Shown piece after piece: positions 23,715-36,083 of a stretch of DNA of 64,000 nucleotides. Below the pieces are notes generated by a model. It was not told the DNA's origin, did not search any database, and was given only the letters and a program-made list of their open reading frames with translations. The stretch is from Squalus acanthias (taxonomy: Eukaryota), in contig CM059431.1 of assembly GCA_030390025.1 (NCBI GenBank), forward strand, positions 138,076,001-138,140,000. Reading direction: 5' to 3'. Positions within the stretch are counted from its first letter, which is position 1; every line of letters starts with the position of its first letter. The position numbers and the translations under genes are program-made.

Positions 23715-24875
23715 TGAAGTGCCTCCATCTGCTCGAACTTTAGCTCAGAGTTTCTGAGCTTAAGGAGCGGCTGGAGTCACTGCAGGACTGATAATTTGCT
23801 CGACCACATGTTCCAGGAGGTGGTAACCCCGCAGCAACAGTGAGTTCAGGAGGATAGTAAGTTGGCAGTTTGCGAAGATGTAGGTGGTGCTGGGATCCTC
23901 CGGGAGTATGGCACTCTCAAGAATGGGGCCTATTATGGGCCAAAAAGGAGATCTGCTTGTGCAAGCAGGGGGCAAGACTTAAGTACTAAATGAGTACTTT
24001 GCATGTGTCTTCACTAAAGAAAAGGATGCGGCCCATGTCACAGTAAAAGAAGCGATAGATGAGAAATTGGATAGGAAAAACATAAATAAGAGGAGACATA
24101 TAAAAGGTTGGCAGCACTCAATGTAGCAAAGTCACCCGTCCCAAATGGGCTGTATCCTAGGTAGCTGATGGAATTAAGGGTTGAAATTGCAGAGACTCTG
24201 TACAAAATCTTCAAATCCTCCTTAGATATGGGAGTGCTGTCAGAGTAGTAAAGGATTGCAAATATTACACCCGTTCAAAAAACGGGAGAGGGATAAACCC
24301 GACAAATATAGGCCAGTCAGCCTAACGTCGCGCGGAAACATTTGGAGACAATAATCCGACATAAATGTGGGTTAATCAATGAAAGCCAGCACGGATTATT
24401 TTACTAACTTGATCGAGTTCTTTTATGAAGTAACTGAGAGGGTTGATGACGACAGTGCAGTTGATGTTGTGTATATCGACTTTAAAAAGACGTTTGATAA
24501 AGTACTACATTATAGAACTGTAAGCAAAATTGAAGTCAGAATTTTAATCAGAATTGAAAACAGAAAGCAGGAAGCTTAAGATAAATGTTACGTAAATAAA
24601 TCAGTGAAGCACCTGGATGAATGCAAATTAGGAAGGATTTTCATAAAGTCAATATGGAGAAATTATTTTCAGTGACAGACTGCTCGGTAACCAGAGGAAA
24701 CCGATTTAAGGTAATAGGCACAAAACCCAGCGGGGACATAAGGAAAAATAAGTGAAAAAAATGAGTAGCAGAGGAGTGGGACGAATTGGTTATCTCTTTG
24801 AAAGAGCCGGCACAGGCACAGTCGGACAAATGGCCTCCTTCTGTACTGTATAATTCGAGGATGCTATGATTGTAT
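23715..24875 (+). mobile_element. Old, internally deleted CR1 LINE remnant
   Basis: NEYFACVFTKE, LTNLIEFFYEVT-like and VYIDFKKTFDKV motifs plus a decayed 3' end. Confidence 0.75.
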
Positions 24876-25398
24876 GATCTTCCGTGCCATTGTTCGTAGT
24901 GAGTCGCAGTCTAGAGTGTAAATTTAACAAATTCTGCACAAAGAAAGCGAAGATACTGATTGTTGGGAGCGGATATGGGGTCCTGAAGTATTTTGGGAGA
25001 AGTGGGCTCACAGTGAGGAGCTCAGACTGCAGAGAAAGACACAAATTCAGTGAACCCTTTGCGAGGCCTTTCTCACCATTTAACGCTAACAGTTAAGTAA
25101 GTGTTATTTCCCTCAAGAGAAATTTGAATCAATCAGAAAAGTATAGCATTGTTTGAACTATTGCTAGTGGTTCAATTGAAGCGTATCACACACTATATCC
25201 AATCATTACAATACATTAGTGAAGCTATTAAATTCATAACAAATCATTTAAAATTGGAATTGAAACTAAACATTGGGAGTTTAGCAATTATCTGTGAGAA
25301 ATACCTCTTGTAGTTTCACCCCAAACGTGCATCTCTTTCTGGAGCCGGATCCTTATATTTTGTTAAATTTTTAAAAAGAAGCTCAGCCGAGTACCGGT

Positions 25399-25452
25399 CT
25401 CCCATAATGCATCAGTTCAGTTGGCGTCTCTGTCACGGGTGGACTACAATTC
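25399..25452 (+). promoter_or_regulatory. ZNF143/Staf-type motifs; the second is split by a LINE
   Basis: CTCCCATAATGCATCAG at 25399; ACTACAATTC (25443-25452) joins CCAGAATCC (26201) to give ACTACAATTCCCAGAATCC; GC box at 26266-26275. Confidence 0.55.
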
Positions 25453-26200
25453 ATAAGAACATAAGAACATAAGAAATAGGAGCAGGAGTAGGCCAATCGG
25501 CCCCTCGAGCCTGCTCCGCCATTCAATAAGATCATGGCTGATCTGATCCTAACCGCCAATCTACTATCTATCACAGAACCATCTCCTGCATCTAACAGAA
25601 TTGCACACACGAAATAGGAGCAGAATCAGGCTACACAGTCCCTGGGCCCGCTCCACTACCCACAGGGCCATGACCGATCCGAACCTAGACTCATGTCCAA
25701 ATTCCTGCCCGCTCCCCGTAACCCTTAATGCCCTTTACTTCTAGGAAACTGTCTATTTCTGTTTTAAATTTAATTAATGTTGTAGCTTCTACAGCTTTTT
25801 GTGGCAGCATATTCCATGGACCTACCACCCTCTGAGTGAAGTAGTTCCTCCTCATCTCAGTTTTGAAAGAGCAGCCCCTTATTCTAAGACTATGTCCCCT
25901 AGTTCTCGTCTCACCCGTCATCGGGAACATCCTCCCCGCATCCACCCGATCCAACCCCTTCACAATCTTATATGTTTCAATAAGATCGCCTCTCATTCTT
26001 CTGAACTCCAATGAGTAGAGTCCCAATCTACCCAACCTCTCCTCATATGACCACCCCCTCATCCCCGGGATTAACCGAGTGAACCTTTTTTGCACTGCCT
26101 CGAGAGCAAGGATGTCTTTCCTTAAGTAAGGACACCAAAACTGTATGCAGTATTCCAGGTGCGGTCTCACCAATACCTTGTACAACTGAAGCAATACCTC
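25453..26200 (-). mobile_element. 5'-truncated CR1 LINE (TTCTTATG-tail family) with doubled 3'UTR
   Basis: RT C-terminal ORF 26194-25691; tail at 25452-25476. Confidence 0.92.
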
Positions 26201-27303
26201 CCAGAATCCAGCAGGGTATCAGTGCACGGCAGTTCGTGTAACTCTCAATTTTGCAATTGAGCATAGCCCCGCCCCATCTCCTCTTTCGACCAATTCTTTA
26301 GTAAGGAGGTAAAGGAGTGAATCTTCTTCCTCAGTATTTATGCTTCAGGATAATGCAATCCAGCATTTCAACAATGGGATCTCCACGACGTGGGAAAATA
26401 CTTGGATTAGCAACACAGGAGATTCCGTGTATTTGATGCTGTGTAGGGCCCCTTCAACACAACACAACCGAATTCCTCTGTCTGTACTTCAGTGAAGTAG
26501 ATATAAGTGCATTGCCAGCTTTTTATTTCTTAACATAGGGACAGGCACCACAGACTATCCCATTAACAAGTGCGCATATGATTAGGATAAATTGGGAATT
26601 TAACAAAATAATGTTAAATTATAGAGTTCCTGTTATTGCCTCATAAACTGCAGTATATGGATTGACAGGAGTTTCCACTTAAATGTGTACTTTTTGATAA
26701 TTATCCCTTCTTTCAAGATAATTTTGTTGCTGCTTCGTTGTATATCTTGACAGTTTAACTCCTCAGATCGAAATTCATCAGTTTACCTTTGCCTGTGTCA
26801 TGCAGCACATGGATGTTGCAGTTTGTTTACAGAAGGTTATGTTTGGCATGTGATAAACTTTCGCTAATATAGTTGTCAACCTCAGAGCCAGATAAATAGG
26901 TTTGTGCTGAATGAGCCTCCTGGTAATTCAGTAAATATAGAATACAGTTACCCACTGAGCTGAAATGTTCCACCCGGCGCCCCTGCTTACCCCTAATTTC
27001 ACATTTTTAACTTAAAGAACTTTATGATTGAACTCCTTGATACAGTGAAGAATTTGGGTAATTTGTGCATTCTCCTGGTAACATTAAAATTGACATTAGA
27101 TCAGCTGGAGGTTTCCTCTTTTCTAAAGATAGAAAGCAGGAATTTCTATAATTTCTTCAAACGTGGAATTGTGAATCCCTGGAATTTCTGGTACTGAGCG
27201 GTGTGACCTATAAAGTGCAGAAATATCCTTTCCATTATTAGCTTACCACAACTGCCCACACAGCCCAAATGATGTAAACCCAACACTTCTTCTGCCAACA
27301 ATA

Positions 27304-27986
27304 ATGGCCCGAAAATTAGACCTAATACGCGAGAGTACGCACTGTGGTATTAGGTCTCCAATTGCCGGTTTCCTGCATGCACTGCGCATGCGCGGGAAAC
27401 AGGCACTTCGTGAATTCAAAAGGGTGCGGTCCCTAAGTGAACCACGTGCGCGCTACAGGCTGTGCGCACGCAGTGCACTTAGTTTTTTTTCCAGCTTTGA
27501 ACGCGCAGGTAAGTGGTGAAGATTTTACACACAAAGAAAGCAGGCGTAGGACCCCCTTTTAACAAGGTAAGTTTTTAATTAAGTGTTATTTTAATTTTTT
27601 TTCAACAGATTTATCTTTTTTAGAGACTTTAAAGAAAGGTAAGTTTATTTTTATAACTTTTAAAAAGATTATAAATTTTTTCAAAAATTAAATTTTTTGT
27701 TTAAAGTGGTTAATTTATTTAACTATACTTATTTTATTAATGTGATGGCTTTTTTAAATTTAATTAAAGTTTAGCTGTTCTTTTCGGGGGGTGTAGTATT
27801 CATAGCTTTGACAGGTCTTCCTGTCAAAACTATGAATGAAAGATGGTGTGCTGCCATTGGCTCTAACTGAATCACATGTTGCATGTGGGAGAGGCTTTGA
27901 AACTAAAGTTCGTGTGGGCCCGGAGTGCGATATCGCGGGGAATCCTAACCCCCGCGGGAACCCTCACTGTTTAATTTCTGGGCCAC
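27304..27986. mobile_element. Non-autonomous DNA transposon/MITE-like element
   Basis: Imperfect terminal inverted repeats (TIRs) tggcccgaaaatta / taatttctgggcca; internal similarity to 52725-53418. Confidence 0.6.
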
Positions 27987-28099
27987 TATATTTCATTGGA
28001 ACTCTATTCCTCTGATATTCGAGGGACCATTGTTGAACAAAGGGGAGATCAGGAACTGGCAGAGGGAGGGAACCCGTGGTACTGGAAACTGGCAGTGAA

Positions 28100-31000
28100 A
28101 TATAGTAACATAGAAGGTAGGAGCAGGAGTAGGCCATTCGGCCCTTCGAGCCTGCTCCGCCATTTAATGAGATCATGGCTGATCATTCAAACTCAGTACC
28201 CTGTACCTGCCCTCTCCCCATATCCCTTGATCTCTTTAGCTTTAAGAAAAATATCTAACTCATTCTTGAATATATTTAATGACTTGGACTCAACTATCTT
28301 CTGTGGTAGAGAATTCCACAGGTTCACCACTCTCTGGGTGAAGAAATTCTCCTCATTTCTGTCCTAAATGGCTTACCCCTTATCCTTAGATTATGACACC
28401 TGGTTCTGGACTCTCCGACCATCGGGAGCATTCTTCCTGCATCCAGTTTGTCCAGACCTGTCAGAATTTTATATGTTTCGATGAGATCCCCTCTCATTTT
28501 TCTATACTCCAGCGAGTATAAGCCCAAACGACCCAATCTCTCCTCATATGTCATTCCTGACTTCCCAGGTATCAGCCTTGTGAATCTTCGCTGAACTCTT
28601 TCCATGGCAAGAACATCCTTCTTCAGATAAGGCGACCAAAACTGCACACAGTACTCAAGGTGTGGTCTCACCAAGGCCCTCTACAACTGCAGCAGGACAT
28701 CCCTGTTCCTATACTCAAACCCTTACGCTATGAAGGCCAACATACCATTTGCCTTCTTCACCACCTGCTGCACCTGATTGCTTACCTTCAGCGACTGGTG
28801 CACAAGGACACCCATTTCTCGCTGCACTTCCCCTTCTCCCAATCTACTGCCGTTCAGATAATAGCCTGCCTTTCTGTTTTTGACACCAAAGTGGATAACC
28901 TCGCCTTTATCCACGTTATCCTGCATCTGCCACGCTTCTGCGCACTCACCCAACCTGTCCAAATCATCGTGGAGTTTATCGGTAACCTCCTCGCAGCACA
29001 CATGCCCCCCCAGCTTTGTATCATCTGCAAACTTGGAGATATTACATTTAGTTCCATTATCTAGATCATTAATGTATATCGTGAATAGCTGGGCTCCAAG
29101 GACCGATCCCTGCGGTACCCCACAAGTCACTGCCTGCCACTCGGAAAAAGACCCATTAATTCCTACTCTCTGCTTTCTGTCCGCCAACCAGTTCTCTATC
29201 CAAGTCAATACCTTGCCCCCAATCCAATGTGCCTTAACTTTACACGCTAATCTCTTATGCGGGACCTTATCGAAAGCCTTTTGAAAGTCCAAATACACCA
29301 CAACTACTGGTTCTTCCTTATCTATTTTCCCAGTTACATCCTCAAAAAATCCAGTAGATTAGTCAAGCAGGATTTACCTTTTCTAAATCTATATTGACTT
29401 TGTCCGATCCTGCCACAGTTTTTCAAGTGCTCAGCTATTATATCCTTTATAATGGAATCTACCATTTTCCCCAATACCGATGTCAGGCTAACTGTTCTGT
29501 AATTCCCCGCTTTCTCTCTACCACCTTTATAGAATAGTGGGGTAACATTAGCTACCCTCCAATCCATGGGTACTGTTCCAGGTTCCATCGAATGTTGGAA
29601 GATGATCAGCAATGCATCTACTATTTCTAGGGCCACTTCCTTAAGTACCCTAGGATGTAGGTGATCAGGCCCTGGGGAGTTATCGGCCTTCAATCCCATC
29701 AATTTCCCTAACACCATTTCCCTGCAAATACTGATTTCTTTCAGTTCCTCCCTTTCATCAGACCCTATGTTCTCCAACATCTCTGGGAGTTTATTTGTTT
29801 CCTCCTTTGTGAAGACAGTACCACAATATGCATGTAATTGGTCTGCCATTTCTTTGTTCCCCATTATAACTTCGCCTGATTCTGACTGCAAGGGACGTAC
29901 GCTTGACTTCACCAATCTTTTTCTCTTCACATATCTATAAAAGCTCTTACAGTCAGTTTTTATGTTCCCTGCAAGCTTACTTTCATATTCTATTTTCCCC
30001 TTCTTAATTAATCCCTTTGTCCTACTTTGTTGAATCCTTAACTGCTCCCAATCCTCAGGGTTACCGCTTTTTCTGGCCAATTTATATACCCTCTCCTTTG
30101 ATCTTATGCTATCCCTAATTTCCCTTGTTAGCCACGGTTGAGTCACCCTTTTTGTTTTATTCTTATGCCAAACTGGGATAAACAAATTCTGTAGTTCATC
30201 CATGCAGTCTTTGAATGTTTGCCATTGCCTATCCACCGTCAACCCTTTGAGTGACATTCCCCAATCAATCCTACCCAATTCGCGCCTCATACCATCGTAG
30301 TTTCCTTTATTTAAATTCAGAACCCTAGTCTCTGATTCAACTACTTCACTCTCCATCCTAATGAAGAATTCTATCATATTATGATCACTCTGACCCAAGG
30401 GGCCTCGTACAACAAGATTGCTAATTAATCCTTTCTCGTTACATAATACCCAGTCTAAGATGGCCGGTTCTCTGGTTGGTTCCTCGACATATTGTTCCAG
30501 AAAACCATCCTGTGTGCATTCTAGGAATTCCTCCTCTACAGTATCTTTACTAATTTGGTTAGCCCAATCTATATGTAAATTAAAGTCACCCACGATGACT
30601 GCTGTGCCCTTACTGCATGTTTCTCTAATTTTCCTTTTAATGCCGTCCCTAACCTCCGTATTACTGTTTGGAGGTCTATATACCACTCCCACTAACGTTT
30701 TCTGCCCCTTGTTATTTCTCAGTTATATCAATACAGATTCCGCATCATCAGAGTTACTATCCTTCCTTTCAATTGTGTTAATCCCCTCTTTAACCAGCAA
30801 TGCTATCCCACCTCCCTTTCTTTTTTGCCTATCTTTCCTAAATATTGAATACCCCTGGATGTTGAATTCCCAGCCTTGGCCACCCTGGAGCCATGTTTCG
30901 GTAATCTCAATCAAATCGTATTAATTTACCTCTATTTGCGCAGCTAATTCATCCACCTTGTTCCGAATGCTCCTTGCATTCAGACACAAAGCATTCAGGC

Positions 31001-32558
31001 TTGATTTTTTAATGCTCTCACACCTATATGAATTATTATTTACTTTGACCATGTTTGATTTAAACCGTTGAGTTCTTTGCCTTCTACTTTTGTTTTTCTC
31101 CTTCCTGTCTTTTGCTTTTATCCTTGTTTCCCTTTATTCTGTCTCCCTGCTCAGGTTCCCAACCCCTTGCCACTTTAGTTTAAAACCTCCCCAACAGCAC
31201 AAGCAAACACTCCCACTAGGACATCGTTCCCGGCCCTGCCCAGGTGCAGACCGTCCCGTTTGTACTGGTCCCACTTCCCCCAGAACCGGTTTCAATGTCC
31301 AAGGAATTTGAATCCCTCCCCCTTGCACCATTCCTCCCCCACGGATTCATTTGAAATATCCTCCTATTTCTACTCTGACTAGCACATGACACTGGCAGCA
31401 ATCCTGAGATTACTACCTTAGAGGTCCTATTTTTAAATTTACCTCCTAACTCCCTATATTCTGCTTTTAGGACCTCATCCCGTTTTTTACCTATATCGTT
31501 GGTGCCTATGTGCACCACGACAACTGACTTTTCGCCCTCCCCCTCCAAAATGTTTTGTAGCCGCTCCGAGACGTCCTTGACCCTTGGACCAGCGAGGCAA
31601 CACACCATCCTGGAGTCTTGTTTGCGGCCGCAGAAACGCCTATCTATTCCCCTTACAATTGAGTCCCCTATCACTATAGCTCTTCCACACTTTTTCCTCC
31701 CAGCCTGTGCAGCAGAGCCACCAATGGTGCCAGGAAGTTGGCTGCTGCTGCCTTCCCCTGACAAGTCATCACCCCCAACAGTATCCAAAGTGCTATATCT
31801 GTTTGAGAGGGGGATGGCCACAGGGGAGCCTTGCACTAGCTGCCTGCACCTCTTACTCTGCCTGGTGGTCACCCATTCACTTCCTGCCTGTACACCCTTT
31901 AACTGCGGTGTGACCAACTCGCTAAACGTGCTATCCACGACGTTCTCAGCGTCGCGAATGCTCCAATATGCATCCATCCGCAGCTCCAGAGCCGCAATGT
32001 GTTCTATCAGTAGCTGCAGCTGGATACACTTCCCACACACATGGTCGTCAGGGACACAGGAAGTGTCCCTGCTTTCCCACATATAGCAGGAGGAGCATAT
32101 CAAGGGGCGGAGCTCTCCTGCCATGACTTACCCTTTAATTAATTAATTAAAATTAAATTAAATGAATCCCACCAATTTCACTTCAATTAAATGATATACT
32201 CAAGGTCCCTTTCTTAACAGTAGTCCCCGCTACACAACAGAGACCCTAGAAACCGCAAAATTTTAAGTTCAGAAAAATTTAGAAGGAAAATACTCACCAA
32301 CCAATCACTTACCTGCTTCTTGGCGACGTAACAGTTAGATTGTTTTTTGCTTCCCTCTCCCGGACCTGGATTAGGGAAAATCCCCCTGGCTCACCGCCGC
32401 TTGCCGCTCCTAGGGCTGCCTCCGCTGCTCTGGGCCTACCACGCCTCGGGGCTCACCTTTATACCGCCGCTCGCCGCTCCTCGGGCTGCCTCCGCTGCTC
32501 TGGGCCTACCACGCCTCGGGGCTCAACATATACCGCCGCTCGCCGCTCCTCGGGCTGC
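28100..32558 (-). mobile_element. Full-length degenerate CR1 LINE (family of elements A/B)
   Basis: ORF1 from 32124 (SGNH, frameshifted), ORF2 pieces 30914-28324, 3'UTR and decayed tail near 28100, repeated 5'UTR. Confidence 0.92.
32393..32558 (-). repeat. ~70-bp GC-rich tandem monomers (2.4 copies) at the LINE 5' end
   Basis: accgccgc recurs at 32393, 32463 and 32532. Confidence 0.9.
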
Positions 32559-32723
32559 GGGAACCCGTGGGACTGCAATCTGGCAGAGTGTGGGAACCCG
32601 TGGGACTATGTTCTGGCAGAGTGTGGGATCTCGTGCGACTGTGTTCTGGCAGAGTGTGGGAACCCGTGGGACTGGACTCTGGCCGAGGGAGGGAACCCGT
32701 GGGACTGTGCTCTGGCAGAGTGT
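32559..32723 (+). repeat. 33-bp minisatellite (~5 units)
   Basis: gggaacccgtgggactgtgctctggcagagtgt; related units also at ~28053-28097. Confidence 0.92.
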
Positions 32724-33490
32724 TGTAAGATTAGGATCACTGGCCACACACAGATTACCCAAAGGGTTTTAGGTGTTGCAAGGCTTTTATTAAACAGCTG
32801 CAGTTTAAAAGCATAATCAGATATTACATATGGTTTAAGCTGAGTATAATAGACATACAACCCATTACAGTCGAGAGCGATCTACAACTCTCGAAGCGGA
32901 ATGCCACAACCGGATGGACGGTGAGGCAGTACGGTGGTCTCGGATAGGGTGGACTCCTGCAGTCTGCTGCAGCGATCACTTCCGTTGGGTCATCCCTCAA
33001 GCTGTCGGAGGTGTTAGGCCGTCAGCCACCTCAGAGGCTAAACTTGACCAAGGTGCCACCTCGGGGAAGCCTTCGCCCCTAACTGCCTGATTTCCTCTCT
33101 CGGTCATCTATATTTATAGATATTTCGGTGGACTGGTAATCACCTGATGTCAATCATTTAATCCCCCATCCTATTGTCCAAATGTGAAACGGGAAGGCAT
33201 CACTTGCCGTCCCTTTCTGCATGGCTACGAGGCCTCCATCTTATATTTCTGAGGAATGTTTTGTTATGTTTCTTAAAGGACATTTTATGACTTTTCGGCT
33301 CCATTTTTGCTTATTATCGCACCACCCTGTGTTGTTTTGCATTTTACGATTCCCTTATCACTTCTATTTGTGTTTTGATGATTGTTATTCGATCTTGCTG
33401 GCATTTCTGCTTTCTGTTCCCGGTTGCATGTTGTCAGTCCCTGTTCTAAGAATTAAAACCCAACTTTGATTCTAACAGCTATTTCTTACA
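32724..33490 (-). mobile_element. Solo LTR (767 bp) inserted in the minisatellite
   Basis: TGTAAGA...TCTTACA termini, 4-bp TSD gtgt (32720-32723 / 33491-33494); on the minus strand TATAAATA at ~33111-33118 and AATAAA at 32786-32791. Confidence 0.85.
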
Positions 33491-33981
33491 GTGTGGGAAC
33501 CCCTGGGATGGAATCTGGCAGAGTGAGGGAACCCGTGGGATGGAATCTGGCAGAATGTGGGAATCCGTGGGATGGAATCTGGCAGAGTGTGGGAACCCGT
33601 GGGATGGAATCTGGCAGAGTGAGGGAACCCGTGGGATGGAATCTGGCAGAATGTGGGAATCCGTGGGATGGGATCTGGCAGAATGTGGGAACCCGTGGGA
33701 TGGAATCTGGCAGAATGTGGGAACCCGTGGAATGGAATCTGGCAGAATGTGGGAATCCGTGGAATGGAATCTGGCAGAGTGTGGGAACCCGTGGGATGGG
33801 ATCTGGCAGAGTGCGGGAACACGTGGGATGGAATCTGGCAGAGTGTTGGGACCCGTGGGATGGAATCTGACAGAGTGTGGGAATCCGTGGAATGGAATCT
33901 GGCAGTGTGTGGGAACCAGTGGGATAGAATCTGGCAGAGTCTGGGAACTCATGGGATGGAATCTGGGAGAGTGTGGGATCC
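33491..33981 (+). repeat. 32-bp minisatellite (~15 units)
   Basis: gggaacccgtgggatggaatctggcagagtgt. Confidence 0.95.
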
Positions 33982-34344
33982 GACTGAACGAAAGGGAACC
34001 AGGAGAGCGGGGCCAAGATGAGAAGGAGAGCGTGAAGAGTCGAACAAATCAATAGACGGAGAGAGCCCCACTTTGAATTAATAAAATATCAATCATATTT
34101 TGTTTTCAACTTCTAAATACCGATCAGTGAAATTAAATGAAAAGGGATTCGATCAAATCGGTAAAGGAAGAGATTGGATCATTTCAAAACGGGAATTTGT
34201 TAACATATTTAAAATGTGATTCTTAAATTTATGATTATACGACAAAATTTAAGGATAATCTGCTGAACTGAGCAAGGAAGAGATCAAGGCAAGACTGGAG
34301 GTACCCGGATGTGTGGTCTCGGGCGGGCCCTCGCCCACAGCGGG

Positions 34345-35255
34345 TGTAAGATCTAAAAACTGCCGACACGACGAGAAGCTGGGATCGTTTTCCATAGAGC
34401 AGAGAATTTTCAGGGGAGATTTAACAGAGATGTTCAAATTATGAGGGGCTTTGAGTAAATAAGGAGAGAATGTTTCCACTGGCAGGAGGGTCAGTAATCA
34501 GAGGATGCTTATTTAAGGCAATTGGATAATGATCCAGGGAGGAGTTGAGGAGATTTATTTTATGTAGCGAACTGTTATAATCCAGAATGCATTGCCTGAA
34601 AGGGTCATGGAAGCGAATTCAATAATAAAAAATAAATATTACATGTTTACAGCTCCTTTCAGGATTCAAGACATCCTAAAGCGCTTTAGAGCCAATGAAA
34701 TACTTTTGAAGTGTAGACACTGTTGTCATGTAGGAAGTGAGACACCAATTTGCGCAGAGCCAGGTCTCACCAATAACCATGCAATGATGACCAGGGGTGT
34801 TGGTTGATGGATGAATATTGTCCAGGACTCTGTGGAGACCTCCCCTGCTCTTCTTTCAAATAGTGCTGTCGGATCTTTTACGTCCTTCTGACAGGGCAGT
34901 CGGGGACTCGGTTTAATGTCCCATCTGAAAGACGGCACCTCCGACAGTGCAGCACACCCTTTGTACTGCATTGGTATGTCAACCTAGATTTTGTGTTCAA
35001 GTCACTGGAGCGGGACTTTAACCCACTACTATCTGATTCAGAGGCGAGTGTGCTACCACAGAACCACTGTTGACCCTTATAAAAATAGTAACTTTAAAAG
35101 AGAACTGGATATTTACTTGAAAAGGCAAGGTTTGCTGTGCTGAGGGGAAAAAGCAGGGTTGTTGGACTAATTGGATACCTATTTCAAACAGCTGGGAGAG
35201 GCATGATAGGGCGCATGGTCTCCTTATGTGCTTTCTGATTCTATGATTCTATGCT
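34345..35255 (+). mobile_element. Old CR1 3' fragment interrupted by a SINE
   Basis: LGSFSIEQR..GDLTEMFKIMRG remnant; resumes at ~35085 with a KRELDIYL-like segment and (ATTCTATG)n tail. Confidence 0.7.
34640..35075 (-). mobile_element. tRNA-headed DeuSINE-like SINE
   Basis: tRNA-like head at ~35005-35070; core GACGTAAAAGATCC...GAAGAGCAGGGGAG...TCCTGGACAATATT resembles the Deu domain (from memory); paralog at 59560-60005. Confidence 0.7.
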
Positions 35256-35339
35256 GCTTGCATTGTCCGCCCATTAATGTCAATGTAATTAAACTAATGA
35301 AGGTGGGGCGGGGGCGGGAGGGTTCAGGAAAGAGCGCAT

Positions 35340-36083
35340 TTAAAAGCAGTGATATTGCAAAGCTCTAGAACAGAGTAGAGTTTTGAGTAAAAATAAATAG
35401 AGTGGGTCCGGAAGGGAGAGATAGAGTAACAAAGGTAATAAGGCATCAGTGACTAAGGTGACAGCAGGGACAAACAGAAATATGTCAAAGCTAAAACGAT
35501 TATATCTGAAAGTGCAAACATTCGAAACAAAATAGATGAATTAATAGCACAGATAGTAATTAAAGGTTTAATCTACAAGGCATAACGGAGACGTGGTTGC
35601 AAAGTGGCCATGGTTGGGAAATAAATATTCCAGGATATATAACTTTTAGAAGGGATAGGCATAATGGAAAAGCTGGAGGGGTAGCCCTGATAATAAAGGA
35701 TGGGATAGAGACAGTAGAGAGAAAGGATCTGAGATCTGAAAACCAAGAAGTAAAATTAGTTTGGGTGCAGCTAAGTAACAGCAAAGGTCTGAATAAAATG
35801 GTGGGAGTTGTTTATAGGCCCTCAAACATTAGTTGTAATGTAAGACAGAGAATAAATCAGGAAATTAGAGGCGGAGGTAGCAAAGGTAATATAATAATGA
35901 TCTACATATAGACTGGGCAAACCGAATTTGCAGTAATAGCGTGGAGGAAGAATTCATGGAATGTATGCAAGATAGTTTTCAAGACCAGTCTGTTGAGCAA
36001 CCAACCAGGGAACAGGAACGTAGATCTAGTATTGTGCAATGAGAAATTTTGAATTAACAACCTTGTAGTAATATTAGTGACCA
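35340..36083 (+). mobile_element. Degenerate CR1 LINE, endonuclease part
   Basis: ITETWLQ, GGVALIIK, VYRPS; interrupted by the Gypsy element within the SDH motif. Confidence 0.85.

Noticed and set aside
32559..33981. Minisatellite as a CRISPR array, or its long ORFs as repeat proteins
   Set aside because: Units are contiguous with no unique spacers, the context is eukaryotic with no cas genes, and ORFs in all frames are by-products of a stop-poor repeat
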